Shown: one piece after another, positions 35,485-48,631 of the stretch
Numbering within the stretch: position 1 is the first letter of the stretch
How the letters are laid out: every line of letters begins with the position of its first letter
Assembly (NCBI RefSeq): GCF_006345805.1
Contig: NW_021833891.1
Span: 5,678 to 69,677 of the forward strand
Direction of reading: 5' to 3'
Source of the DNA: Octopus sinensis
Lineage: Eukaryota
DNA: 64,000 nt
Notes under the pieces: model-generated
What the model saw: only the letters and a program-made list of their open reading frames with translations
The model's database searches: none
Told to the model about the DNA's origin: nothing
Translations under genes and position numbers: made by a program

Positions 35485-37455
35485 AAAAAGGAACAGGCAA
35501 CAGGTTGCTTGACCGCATACCGAAAAAAGTAGAAATAGCAGTCAAAAATGCTTATTTCTAATTTCCACAAATGGGGCTCCAGGCACGACAAACCCTGTAA
35601 TTCACATATGCAAAACAGAAGGAATAGATATTCGAAAACGAAGTCTGGTGGTTATCTGTGAACATCATGTTTCTGGATTATAAACATATTGAATATATAT
35701 TTCATATATACTTTTGATATATATTTCATATATATTTCACATCCTTCTTCAGCACAGCTTTCCATTGAAATAGATTTATCATAGATTTATCAAATGCTAC
35801 GTACCTCAAACCTTCTGACCATGCGACATCAAAATATTTGAAGAAAGCGAGCAAAGGCTAAACCTACATAGACGTTTGAATTCATAAAATCTTCCCTCCA
35901 AAATTTTGCATGCGCACTACAAAAATAGTTCCATAGGAGTAGGAACTATTGGGTTGTCGTAAGGGAGTGAAAAATCCAATTAGTAATATAATAATAAGGG
36001 TAAATAATTTCTAGAAATAAGCATTTTTGACTGCTATTTCTACTTTTTTCGGTATGCGGTCAAGCAACCTGTTGCTTGTCCCTTTTTCTTATATACAATA
36101 TATATACTGAACTTTACAGAAGTTCCTGCCGGTAATCGGCTATATTTACATACCGAATTCTACCAGTAAATAATTGTGGTCTTTTTTTAAAAACCATTAT
36201 AGAAATTATTTACCCTTATTATTATATTACTAATTGGATTTTTCACTCCCTTACGACAACCCAATAGTTCCTACTCCTATGGAACTATTTTTGTAGTGCG
36301 CATGGCAAAATTTTGGAGGGAAGATTTATGAATTCAAACGTCTATGTAGGTTTAGCCTTTGCTCGCTTTCTTCAAATATTTTGATGTCGCATGGTCAGAA
36401 GGTTTGAGGTACGTAGCATTTGATAAATCTATGTGCTGAAGAAGGATGTGAAATATATATGCAATATATATGAAATATATATCAAAAGTATATATGAAAT
36501 ATATATTCAATATGATTATAATCCAGAAACATGATGTTCACAGATAACCACCAGACTTCTGTTTTGCATATGTGAATTACAGGATTTGTCGTGCCTGGAG
36601 CCCCATTTGTGGAAATTAGAAATAAGCATTTTTGACTGCTATTTCTACTTTTTTTCGGTATGCGGTCAAGCAACCTTTTCTTATATACAATATATATACT
36701 GAACTTTACAGAAGTTCCTGCCGGTAATCGGCTATATTTACATACCGAATTCTACCAGTAAATAATTGTGGTCTTTTTTAAAAACCATTATAGAAATTAT
36801 TTACCCTTATTATTATATTACTAATTGGATTTTTTCACTCCCTTACGACAACCAATAGTTCCTACTCCTATGGAACTATTTTTGTAGTGCGCATGGCAAA
36901 TTTTGGAGGGAAGATTATGATTCAAACGTCTATGTAGGTTTAGCTTTGCTCGCTTTCTTCAAATATTTTGATGTCGCATGGTCAGAAGTTTTGAGGTACG
37001 TAGCATTTGATAAATCTATGATAAATCTATTTCAATGGAAAGCTGTGCTGAAGAAGGATGTGAAATATATATGAAATATATATCAAAAGTATATATGAAA
37101 TATATATTCAATATGTTTTAATCCAGGAAACATGATGTTCACAGATAACCACCAGACTTCGTTTTCGAATATCTATTCCTTCTGTTTTGCATATGTGAAT
37201 TACAGGGTTTGTCGTGCCTGGAGCCCCATTTGTGGAAATTAGAAATAAGCATTTTTGACTGCTATTTCTACTTTTTTCGGTATGCGGTCAAGCAACTGTT
37301 GCCTGTCCCTTTTTCTTATATACAAATATATACTGAACTTTACAGAAATTCCTGCCGGTAATCGGCTATATTTACATACCGAATTCTACCAGTAAATAAT
37401 TGTGGTCTTTTTTAAAAACCATTATAAGAAATTATTTACCCTTATTATTATATTA
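34590..37455. repeat. Tandem array of a ~600-640-bp unit with an internal orientation switch and a long (TA)n tract
   Basis: + partial unit 34590-34810; (TA)n 34810-35480; - unit 35482-36013; + units with period markers agaaattatttaccc at about 36201, 36791 and 37427. Confidence 0.85.
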
Positions 37456-37464
37456 TATTATATA

Positions 37465-37520
<56 letters not shown>

Positions 37521-37913
37521 TATATAGGAGTGTGCATATGACTGTATATATATGTGTGTGTGTATGTAATGAAGGTAGTATGTATGTATATATGTATGAA
37601 TGGACGGATGGATGGATGCATGCATGTATGTATGTGTGTCTTTGTGTCTGTAGTTTGTCCCCGCACCACCGTTTGGCATCCGATATTAGTGTGTTTACGT
37701 CACCGTAACTTAGTGGTTGGCGCTAGGAAAGGCATCCAGCCATATCAGAACTGCACCAAACTGGAACTTGGTGCAGCTCCCTCCGGCTTACCAGTTTCAG
37801 CCAAACCGTCTAACCCATGCCAACATGGAAAGCAGATACTAAATGATGATGGTGTTTCCTTGACAATGATTGAAGACAATTCATAGGAGCTACTCAGTCT
37901 AGTTCCAATAAAT

Positions 37914-38122
37914 ATTTCTTTACTGCCCACAAGGGGCTAAACATAGAGGGGACAAACAAGGACAGACGAAGGGATTGAGTCGATTATATCAACCCCAGTA
38001 CGAAACTGGTACTTTATTTATCGACCTCGAAAGGATGAAAGGCAAAGTTGACCTCGGCGGAATTTGAACTCAGAACGTAACGGCAGACGAAATACCGCTG
38101 AGCATTTCGCCCGGCGCGCTAA
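37914..38122 (-). mobile_element. SINE family B
   Basis: tatttctttactgcccacaagggg...gaaaggatgaaaggcaaag...catttcgcccggcgcgctaac. Confidence 0.85.
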
Positions 38123-38310
38123 CCTCTACATCCAACTTCTACAGAAAAGTGTACTGTACTTTTACAGCCGTCTAATAGCATCTCACAACCCTCGTCTTTC
38201 CAAACCTGAACAGCATCCATATAGTCTTCTGGTGGTGGCACAAATAATTCAACGAAGTTTACTATTTTATGTTCGTCGCATCAGATTCTCATACAAAACT
38301 TCTTCCTTCA

Positions 38311-38570
38311 CGCCTTAAAAAGAAGCATTTACGCCTTAAAAAGAAGCATTTACGCCTTAAAAAGAAGCATTTACGCCTTAAAAAGAAGCCTTTACGCCTT
38401 AAAAAGAAGCATTTACGCCTTAAAAAGAAGCATTTACGCCTTAAAAAGAAGCATTTACGCCTTAAAAAGAAGCCTTTACGCCTTAAAAAGAAGCATTTAC
38501 GCCTTAAAAAGAAGCATTTACGCCTTAAAAAGAAGCCTTTACGCCTTAAAAAGAAGCATTTACGCCTTAA
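38311..38570. repeat. 21-bp minisatellite (cgccttaaaaagaagcattta) x12.4
   Basis: Exact period of 21 with a single A/C variant position. Confidence 0.95.
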
Positions 38571-38668
38571 GAAGTCTGCTGCTACCTCTCAAACTCCATC
38601 CCAGTTCTCGTCGTTTACAGCTTTCTCTTTCTGCTTCAGGAAACCATCTTGACCCTGGCAAACAAATG

Positions 38669-39088
38669 GGATCTTTTCGGTTTGAACGGCAGTTTTTAAC
38701 ATAACTTCTAGGTGACTAAAAGATTTTAAACTTCATATTCTGGTAGAATGTGTTTATAAAACATCTTTTTCTCTTGACTTTATTGAGAAAATTCTATAGT
38801 TTGTAAGATACTTGTTCTTTTTTTTCTTCAATTTCTGCAATTTCAACCAATCACTAACGTCTATTGAGGTAAAAAAAAAAACATTCTGTGCCGTATGAAT
38901 ATGTCCCTCGTTTAAGAAACAGATTGGGTTTATTTACATTTGTGAAGAAAAAAAGATACCCTTTCCCCACCTCTACCCTAACCCTAAAACAGATTGAAAT
39001 GCAATAGATCGATACTAGGGTCATAATTCTGGGTGACAATTTCATATGACACCGCTAGAAAAAACTGCCGTTCAAACCGAAAAGATCC
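38669..39088. mobile_element. MITE-like element with 29-bp terminal inverted repeats
   Basis: ggatcttttcggtttgaacggcagttttt / aaaaactgccgttcaaaccgaaaagatcc; no clear TSD. Confidence 0.75.
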
Positions 39089-39397
39089 AGCAACTGAAAT
39101 AAAGCGTCTACTGCCATGCAAACAGCGATAGCAGTTTCAAGGGAGATAACTATAGTTAATCAAACGTACTACAGTAAGGGAAGTAACTGAGTAATGCTAA
39201 GCAATAAAGGGAGGTAATTGTAACATTTTAATTTTTCTATCTTTATGATGGGAAAGTGTCGGCGAAGTTCTTTGATTCCACTATAATATATTACTGGTAT
39301 TAAGTGTACCTGTAATCATAATGTAATCATAGGCGAATAGTTAAGAGGTTCGGATCGAACTGAAGTTTCGATCCCATTTTGCGCCATATCTTATATA

Positions 39398-39815
39398 AGG
39401 CGCAGGAGTGGCTGTGTGGTAAGTAGCTTGCTTACCAACCACATGTTTCCGGGTTCAGTCCCACAGCGTGGTATCTTGGGCAAGTGTCTTCTGCTATAGC
39501 CCCGGGCCGACCAACGCCTTGTGAGTGGATTTGGTAGACGGAAACTGAAAGAAGCCTGTCGTATATATGTATATATATATATATATGCGTGTGTGTGTTT
39601 GTGTGTCTGTGTTTGTCCTCCTAGCATTGCTTGACAACCGATGCTGGTGTGTTTATGTCCCCGTTACTTAGCGGTTCAGCAAAAGAGACCGATATAATAA
39701 GTACTGGGCTTACAAAGAATAAGTCCCACGGCCGATTTGCTCGACTAAAGGCGGTGCTCCAGCATGGCCGCAGTCAAATGACTGAAACAAGTAAAAGAGA
39801 GTAAAGAGAGTAAGT
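39398..39815 (+). mobile_element. Full-length SINE family A
   Basis: Complete head, body and tail. Confidence 0.9.
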
Positions 39816-39889
39816 ATCCTTTAATCTAGCCCCTCCTATGGACAGTACTTGCAATTTTAAGGTACAGCTACTATGTTAGATTTTTTTTT

Positions 39890-40240
39890 TTATCTGCTTC
39901 AGTCAATAGACTGTGGCTATGCTGGAGCACCGACTTGAAGAGTTTTTTTTTTTTTAAATCTGGTACTTATTCTATCGGTTACTTTTTGCCGAACCGCTAG
40001 CTTATGGGGACATAAACAAACCACCACCGGCTGTCAAGCGGCGGTGAGAGACAAATACACACACACACACACAAACAAGCAGGAATATATTCGCAGGACT
40101 TTCAGTTTCCATCTACCAAATCCACTCACAGGGCTTTGGTCAGCCCAAGGCTATAGTAGAAAATACTTGCCCAAGGTGCCGTGCAGTGGGATTGAACCCA
40201 AAACCATGTGGCTGGGAAGCAAGCTTCTTACCACAAATAT
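39890..40240 (-). mobile_element. Diverged family A-related SINE
   Basis: ctttcagtttccatctaccaaatccactcac...gcagtgggattgaacccaaaaccatgtggc. Confidence 0.7.
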
Positions 40241-40323
40241 CTAAATCATAAAGCAAAATAGTTCATCATATCATAAGTTATGTAATATCCAATCAATATT
40301 CACAGTTGTATATTTATTCTGGA

Positions 40324-40670
40324 TGGAAGCACTCCGTTGGTTACGACGACGAGAGTTCCGGTTGATCCGATCAATGGAACAGCCTGCTCGTGAAATTAAC
40401 GTGTAAGTGGCTGAGCACTCCACAGACACGTGTACCCTTAACGTAGTTCTCGGGGATATTCAGCGTGACACAGAGTGTGACAAGGCCGGCCCTTTGAAAT
40501 ACAGGAAGTAAGAGTGAGAGAAAGTTGTGGTGAAAGAGTACAGCAGGGATCACCACCATCCCCTGCCGGAGCCTCGTGGAGCTTTTAGGTGTTTTCGCTC
40601 ACGGTCTGGGAATCAAAACCGCGATCCTATGACCGCGAATCCGCTGCCCTAACCACTGGGCCATTGCGCC
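40324..40670 (-). mobile_element. SINE family C with small internal deletions
   Basis: Same head and tail as the other copies. Confidence 0.88.
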
Positions 40671-40975
40671 ATATTTATTCTACGGTGTATCTAACTTGGT
40701 AAGTTTATTTATTGTGTATGTGTAGGATTTGAGTTGTTTTGATATGATCCTGTTTCAGCTCATGAGCTGTGGTAAAATTTATATTCCTATTTGCTTACCC
40801 CTAGAAAATACTAAAAATGGCTAATATTTCCTTCAAACTTTGCTTTTATGATATTAATTCAAATCTCAAAGAACTGCTCTCAACACATCGCTATGATGCT
40901 CCCCCAATTAATCTTGCTCATCATCAGAGATGCACATATCGTCAGCCACTAAGGGACATGCTCAAGTGGTTATAT

Positions 40976-42180
40976 ATAGCAATATGTAATATGGAGTTGA
41001 TTTTCAGCCCAGCTCTGATCAGTTTAATGATGAAAGTATTCCAGCCATGGCTATTTCATCTTATGTAGTAATTAAGCTATAACTAAACACATATACAATT
41101 AAAGACATTCCAATCTTGCCCATCCAATCCTAATGTGTCTTGTCATTTATTCAGACATAAAGTAGCAATATGTAATATGGAGTTGACTTTCAGCCCAGCT
41201 CTGATCAGTTTAATGATCAAAGTATTCCAGCCATGGCTATTTCATCTGATGTAGTAATTAAGCTCTAACTGAACAGACATACAATCAAAGACATTCCAAT
41301 CTTGCCCATCCAATCCTAATATGTCTTGTCATTTTTTCAGGCATAGAGTCTCAAGGACTACATTTTCTAATGTGTCCTATCTTTTATTGAGACACAGTGC
41401 GTCAAAGATAACATTACCTGTCCTTTTATTCAGGTATAGTATATCTAGGACTATGGAGGTGCAATGGCCCAGTGGTTAGGGCAGTGGACTCGCGGTCATA
41501 GGATCGCGGTTTCGATTCCCAGACCGGGCGTTGTGAGTGGTTATTGAGCGAAAACACCTAAAGCTCCACGAGACTCCGGCAGGGGGTGGTGGTGAACCCT
41601 GCTGTACTCTTTCACCACAACTTTCTCTCACTCTTACTTCCTGTTTCTGTTGTACCTGTATTTCAAGGGGCCGGCCTTGTCACTTTCTGTGTCACGCTGA
41701 ACATCCCTGAGAACTACGTTAAGGGTACACGTGTCTGTGGAGTGCTCAGCCACTTACACGTTAATTTCATGAGCAGGCTGTTCCGTTGATTCGGATCAAC
41801 TGGAACCCTCGTCGTCGTAACCGACGGAGTGCTTCCATCCATCTAGGACTATATCATTTAATGTGTTCTGCATCTTGGACTATGTTATCTAAAGTGCCTT
41901 GTCTTTTATCCATACACAGTGTATCTAGGACAACATTATGTAATGTGACCTGTCTTTTATTCAGGCATAGTGTATCTAGGACTACATTACCAAATGTGAT
42001 ATATTTTTTGTTAGTTTTTTTCAGACATGGAGTACTTAAGACGGACTTAACGACAATGTGTGCTTCCTATATATTTTAAACACAGCAGGATACAAGTTAA
42101 GGGGGATTTGGTTGGTATTACTACCACACCCTGTAGCCACGTAGAAGCTTCCTCGTTAGCAGTAGCATGTAATATAAGAG
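40976..42180 (+). repeat. Interspersed repeat with an internal ~186-bp tandem duplication and shorter tatctaggac sub-repeats; relatives at about 7645-7860, 16300-16440 and 32400-32590
   Basis: 40976-41158 is nearly duplicated at 41162-41345; shared blocks atgatcaaagacattcca and atttggctgctat. Confidence 0.6.
41454..41840 (+). mobile_element. Full-length tRNA-derived SINE family C with 11-12-bp TSD
   Basis: Head tggaggtgcaatggcccagtggttagggcag...ggtttcgattccc, tail ...gagtgcttcca; atctaggacta at 41443-41453 and 41841-41851. Confidence 0.92.
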
Positions 42181-42309
42181 GTTCACATACATAACAACAA
42201 CAATAAAGTAATATACAAAACCCTTTTATTATTATTATTTATCAAATTAATTTCACTTCACCCTTCTTCTTCATATCATAGTATCACATTATATCATATC
42301 GGATATACT

Positions 42310-42310
42310 A

Positions 42311-42343
<33 letters not shown>

Positions 42344-42356
42344 CATTTATATATAC

Positions 42357-42406
<50 letters not shown>

Positions 42407-42469
42407 TTATATATACGTATATATATATATTATATAATATATATATATACATTATATATACGATATATA

Positions 42470-42501
<32 letters not shown>

Positions 42502-44030
42502 CATTTATATATACGTAATTATATATATATATATACATTTATATATACGTCTATATATATATATATATACATTTATAGATACGTATATATCTATTATATA
42601 TACATTTTAATACGGTATTATATATATATTATACATTTATATATACGTATATATTATATATATATACATTTATATATACGTATATATATCTATACATTTA
42701 TATATACGTATATTATATATATACATTTATATATACGTATATATAATATAATATCTATATATCTATAACCTTTATATATACATATAGATATATATGATAT
42801 ACATTTATAATACCTATATATATCTCTATTATTCATATCTATATATCTATCATACTTTATAATACATATATATTATATAAATATATATATACGTATACAT
42901 TTATATATGCATACATATATATACATTTATATATACACACATAATATATATACATTTATATATACATATATATGCACATATATATACACATTATATATTA
43001 TATAAATTTATATATGCATATATATTATATATACCCACACACACGCACACATATATATATAATATAATATATATATATAATACGTATACATTTATATATA
43101 CATATATATACATTTATATATAACATACATATATATACATTTATATACATATATATATACACACATATATATACATTATATATACATATATATACACATA
43201 TATATACATATACATTTATATACATATATATACATATATATATATACATTACATTTATATACATATACAATTATATATACATATAATATACATTTAATAT
43301 ACATATATACACACATATATACACATATATATATATACATTTATATATACATATATACACATATATATATAATACATATATATCACATATATACACATAT
43401 ATACATTACATTTAATATATACATATATATACACACAAATATATATACATTTATATATACATATATATATATACATTTATATATACACACATATATATAC
43501 ATATATATATACACACATATATATATACACATTTATATATACATATATATATACACATTTATATATACATATATATATATACACATTTATATATACATAT
43601 ATATATACACATATATATATATACATATATACATACATATATATATACACACATATGCATACATATATACACACATATATATACATACATATATACATAT
43701 ATACATATATATATCTATATATATATATACATACATATATACATATACATATATATATATATACATATATATATATACTCATATAAATATACACACATAT
43801 ATATATACATTTATATATATATTTATATACACAAATATATATATATACATATATATACACACACATATATATATACATTTATATACACAAATATATATAT
43901 ATATATACACACATATACATTTTTATATGCATATACATTTATATATAGATATATACACATTTATATATATATATATAAATGTATATGTATACATACATAT
44001 ATATATACATTTATATATATATATATATGT
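42310..44030. repeat. ~1.7-kb (TA)/(TACA)-rich low-complexity tract
   Basis: Almost only A/T with recurring tatatacattta units. Confidence 0.95.
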
Positions 44031-44447
44031 AACTGTAGCTATCATTTATGAATATGACTTGGGAGCATGTTGTGTACTTAACACAACCACAGATGTGTGT
44101 ATATTTCTAAGAGTTTAGCTGGGTGTTTACATTACTGCAATTATATAAACAGACTTTGTACCATAGCGAAAAAATAATTCAGAAGAATTGAAGATATATC
44201 ATATATAGAAGGAAAATATACAAATCCCTGTATGAATATGACTATATATATAGATATATATATATATACTTACATACACACACACATATCTTTGTAAGTA
44301 TGTATATATACATATGTATGTATATGTGCATGTCTATGTGTATACAATTTAATCATTATCATCCTGAATTTCAACTGAATAACAATTAAACTCTGTATTT
44401 TATTAAGTTTTTAAGGCTTATATATACAATCCATATACATAAACATA

Positions 44448-44487
<40 letters not shown>

Positions 44488-44579
44488 GATGTCTGTAAAG
44501 TCTGTGTGTAATTTAAAGTACTTTTAGCTTTGTAACTATACAAAGGTATGTTAAATTGCACACAGACCTTATGGACACC

Positions 44580-44613
<34 letters not shown>

Positions 44614-44853
44614 TTTCCTTTTTACATTAGGAGAGAAAATCCATGATATAAATATGGTGGCAGCAGTATTGGTGGTGATGTGCGGGTGATGGTATGATTG
44701 GTGATGGTGGTGGTGGTGGTGAGAGATAGAGATTAATATAAGATAAAGCATGAAAGGTGAGAAAAGGACGGGGAGAGAGGAGAGAAAGCGCGTGACAGAG
44801 AGAGAGCGCGTGACAGAGAGAGAGAGAGGAAGCAAGATGGGAGAAAGAGGGCG

Positions 44854-44903
<50 letters not shown>

Positions 44904-45332
44904 GACTACATAATTAGTTCTATTCATAAAACATAGAAAACTCTCTTAGACATTTCAGTTTTAGTATTTTATTAAATGTTATTTTAAAAAGTAAGGACTT
45001 ACTGGTTGCGTGGGAGTTGGGGATGAGGGGGTGAGAGATAAGAACGATTTCTGTCTGACAACGCTAAGAAGGATTTAGGCATCATTATGATAACACCTCA
45101 AAACTTTTTTTTATTTTTTGGAATTTTCAGAAAATTTTTGCAAATTTGTGTTCGACACATGGGAATTCATACAATTATGCAAAAGAAAAGAAATTTTTTT
45201 CTGTGCAATTTAAGGATGACCTAGCTGCTATTTCTAGCGCATCCCACGACCATCTGACGCCTTCCTCGTTTCTTTGTCACTCTGACATGTAGTCATGTTT
45301 TCCAATATTTTTCTCCCCATAAACACATTTAA

Positions 45333-45557
45333 CCCTTTAGTGTTTAAACTGGCCACAACCGGCCCAAATATTCTACTTGTTTTCTGTTCAAACTGACCGG
45401 ACCTGGCCTGTCACACCTACCTACCTCACAATGTCTTTCTAAAAATAAACCAATCACATCATCAATATCTGGAAGCTATGAGATAACACATGATTAATTC
45501 AAGCCAATGTAAATAAATAAGCATTACATTTGGCAGGATAATCCAAATGCTAAAGGA
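45333..45557. mobile_element. piggyBac-type MITE (TTAA TSD)
   Basis: ttaa|ccctttag...ctaaagga|ttaa. Confidence 0.7.
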
Positions 45558-46374
45558 TTAATGGAATGAGAACATGCCCAAGGGTGAGGTTTAAGTAAAA
45601 GAATTCAAATTGCTTGTATTTTAAACTCTAGTTTAAAAATATAAGATATTTCTAAAGTAGAAATTTTAGGATTTAATGGGGAAAAGGGGTTTGAAAAATA
45701 GAACAGGAAAAAAGCAATGTAATTCACTTGAAGCATTGTAGTATCGAAGAATGTAAAAAGAGAGAAAATAAACAGCTTCTGACAAAGTGGAAAGTTTAAT
45801 AAAACCTTTATATTTCAGGCATAAATATGCAGGGTCTGTTAATCCATTCAAAGATGGATTAATGCATCCTATATAAATGGACTTTTCTTACGCTGTTCTT
45901 TTCTTCTGAAGATGAGCCTTTGCGCCTAGAATTTTTTTTTTTTTTTTTGCATAACCGTATGAATGTCTGTTTGTAGAACACAAATGGTCAAAAATTTTCT
46001 GAAAATTCTAAAGAACGAAAAAGTTATGAGCTGTTATATGGGGGTGCTTAAACCAGAATTCCACCAGAATATTAACAAATAAAAATACTGCAGAAAAATG
46101 TTTTTTCAACTAATATTCATCTCATGACTTTCATAACCTGCACCATTACATTATTAGGTTCACATATCAGGTGTACCCCAGCTCTCATTTAACAGCCCTT
46201 CAGGGAGATTAAGGTCACACCAGATCACAGCACTCTGAGACCAGAAATAAAGTAAGTCATCTCAGCATAACACAAACTCAAGTTGTGTTGCTATGTCATG
46301 GTTAAGGCTTCTCATGACCCCAATACAGGTCACATTGAACCATAAAACCGTCATCTGTACTTTAGAAAAGACAC

Positions 46375-46885
46375 TAGATTAAGGTCGTGCTAAGCCTTAA
46401 ACCTCACCTACTGATTAAGGTCACACCATGCTATGACCTTTCTCCCACTGGTTTTTTGATTTAAGGTCATATCATGCCATGACCCACACCTAATTTGAGG
46501 TCACTTCATGGCATGACTGTCATCTACTGATTTAAGGTCACACCATGCGATGACCCCTCACCCACTAATTTTAGGTCATACCATGTCATGACCCTCACTC
46601 ACTAATTTAAGGTCATGCTATGTGATGACCCTCACCCAATAATTTAAGGTCATGCTATGCGATGACCCTCACCCACTAATTTTAGGTCATACCATGTCAT
46701 GACCCTCACTCCCTAATTTAAGGTCATGCTATGTGATGACCCTCACCCACTAATTTAAGGTCATACTATGTCATGACCCTCACTCACTAATTTGAGGTCA
46801 CATCATGTTATGAGCTTCACTCCTTGATTCAAGGTCACACCATGCCATGACCACCATCCACTGATTAAGGTCATGGCTGCCATGT
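46375..46885. repeat. ~37-bp minisatellite with internal palindrome, about 13-14 units
   Basis: Consensus taaggtcataccatgtcatgaccctcactcactaatt. Confidence 0.9.
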
Positions 46886-47423
46886 AAGCCCAGCCACAAA
46901 GTGTGTAAATGAAGTGGGTTATGTTTATCAGAGATGAAAAGATTATTTTTATGAACCTTCATAATCATACTGTAATGATAACCATATCATAATGATAACA
47001 ATATCATAATGATAATAATATCGTAATGATATTGCAACACTTTATGACAATATCAGAGCAAAATAGCAATGAAGTTCTAATTGCAGAAATTACAGCAGTA
47101 ATAGTAGTTAAGATGTAGTAGTAATAGTTGGAACACATAACTCTAACAACAGTTAGCAGTTATACTGAGCTCAGTATGTAACTGGTACTTATTTTATCAA
47201 CCCTGAAAGGATGAAAGGCAAAGTTGATCCCAGCAACATTTGAATCCAGAATGTGAACACACAAAATGTCATTTAGCATTTTGGCAGGCATGCTAACAAT
47301 TCTGTCCGTTTGCTTCTTAGTTATAAGAGTAATATTATAGCAGTAAACTGTTCTATCACTGTTATAGCTGTTATCAGTGGTAGAATAATCAAAAGTTTTT
47401 TAGCAATTAACTGTTCTGTCACT

Positions 47424-47831
47424 GCTGTAGCTTTTCTTTTACTTGTTTCAGTCATTTGACTGCGGCCATGCTGGAGCACCGCCTTTAGTCGAGCAAATCG
47501 ACCCCGGGACTTATTCTTTTGTAAGCCCAGTACTTATTCTATCGGTCTCTTTTTGCCGAACCGCTAAGTGACGGGGACGTAAACACACCAGCATCGGTTG
47601 TCAAGCAATGCTAGGGGGACAAACACAGACACACAAGCACACACACATACATATATATACACATATACGACAGGCTTCTTTCAGTTTCCATCTACCAAAT
47701 CCACTCACAAGGCATTGGTCAGCCCGAGGCTATAGCAGAAGACACTTGCTCAAGATGTCACGCAGTGGGACTGAACCCGGAACCATGTGGTTGGTTAGCA
47801 AGCTACCTACCACATAGCCACTCCTGCGCCT
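47424..47831 (-). mobile_element. Full-length SINE family A inserted in the 262-bp tandem array
   Basis: Array sequence ...actgctgtagct precedes it and gctgttaacag resumes after it. Confidence 0.88.
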
Positions 47832-47832
47832 G

Positions 47833-48631
47833 CTGTTAACAGTTTACAGCAATAACAAAAAAGTTAATTGACACCAAACAGAACAGCTATTGTATCACTG
47901 TCAAATCGCTGCTATAACTATTAACAATTATAAAACAGTTTTATAGCAGCTGTAAAACAGATGTGATATTCTAATACAGTTAACTGTTTTATCAATGCAA
48001 TCATGTAACAGTTACAAAACAGTTAAATAATTAGTTACAGGAGCCACATAACAGTTATAGTGTTGCTCTGTTAACTGTTATGTCACTGCTGTAGCTGTTA
48101 ACAGTTTACAGCAATAACAAAAAAGTTAATTGACGGCAAACAGAACCGCTATTGTGTCACTGTCAAATCACTGCTATAACTATTAACAATTATAAAACAG
48201 TTTTATAGCAGCTGTAAAACAGATGTGATATTCTAATACAGTTAACTGTTTTATCAATGCAATCATGTAACAGTTACAAAACAGTTAAATAATTAGTTAC
48301 AGGAGCCACATAACAGTTATAGTGTTGCTCTGTTAACTGTTATGTCACTGCTGTAGCTGTTAACAGTTTACAGCAATAACAAAAAAGTTAATTGACGGCA
48401 AACAGAACAGCTATTGTGTCACTGTCAAATCACTGCTATAACTATTAATTATAAAACAGTTAAGTAATACTTATACAGCACATTTATAGCGGCTGTAAAA
48501 CAGATGTGATATTCTAATACAGTTAACTGTTTTATCAATGCAAATCATATAACAGTTACAAAACAGTTAGATAATTAGTTACAGGAGCCACATAACAGTT
48601 ATAGTGTTGCTCTGTTAACTGTTATGTCACT
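47833..48631. repeat. 262-bp tandem repeat x3, with more diverged relatives at about 47330-47423 and 49390-49520
   Basis: ctgttaacagtttacagc recurs at 47833, 48095 and 48357. Confidence 0.92.

Noticed and set aside
36430-36490. CTGAAGA...GAAA in the tandem-array unit as a hammerhead
   Set aside because: No stem II or stem I pairing can be drawn.
38311-38570. Possible CRISPR array (also 46375-46885)
   Set aside because: Contiguous tandem units with no unique spacers, no cas genes, eukaryotic context.
41454-41530. tRNA genes at SINE heads
   Set aside because: Only tRNA-like A/B-box heads fused to SINE bodies; no complete cloverleaf identified.
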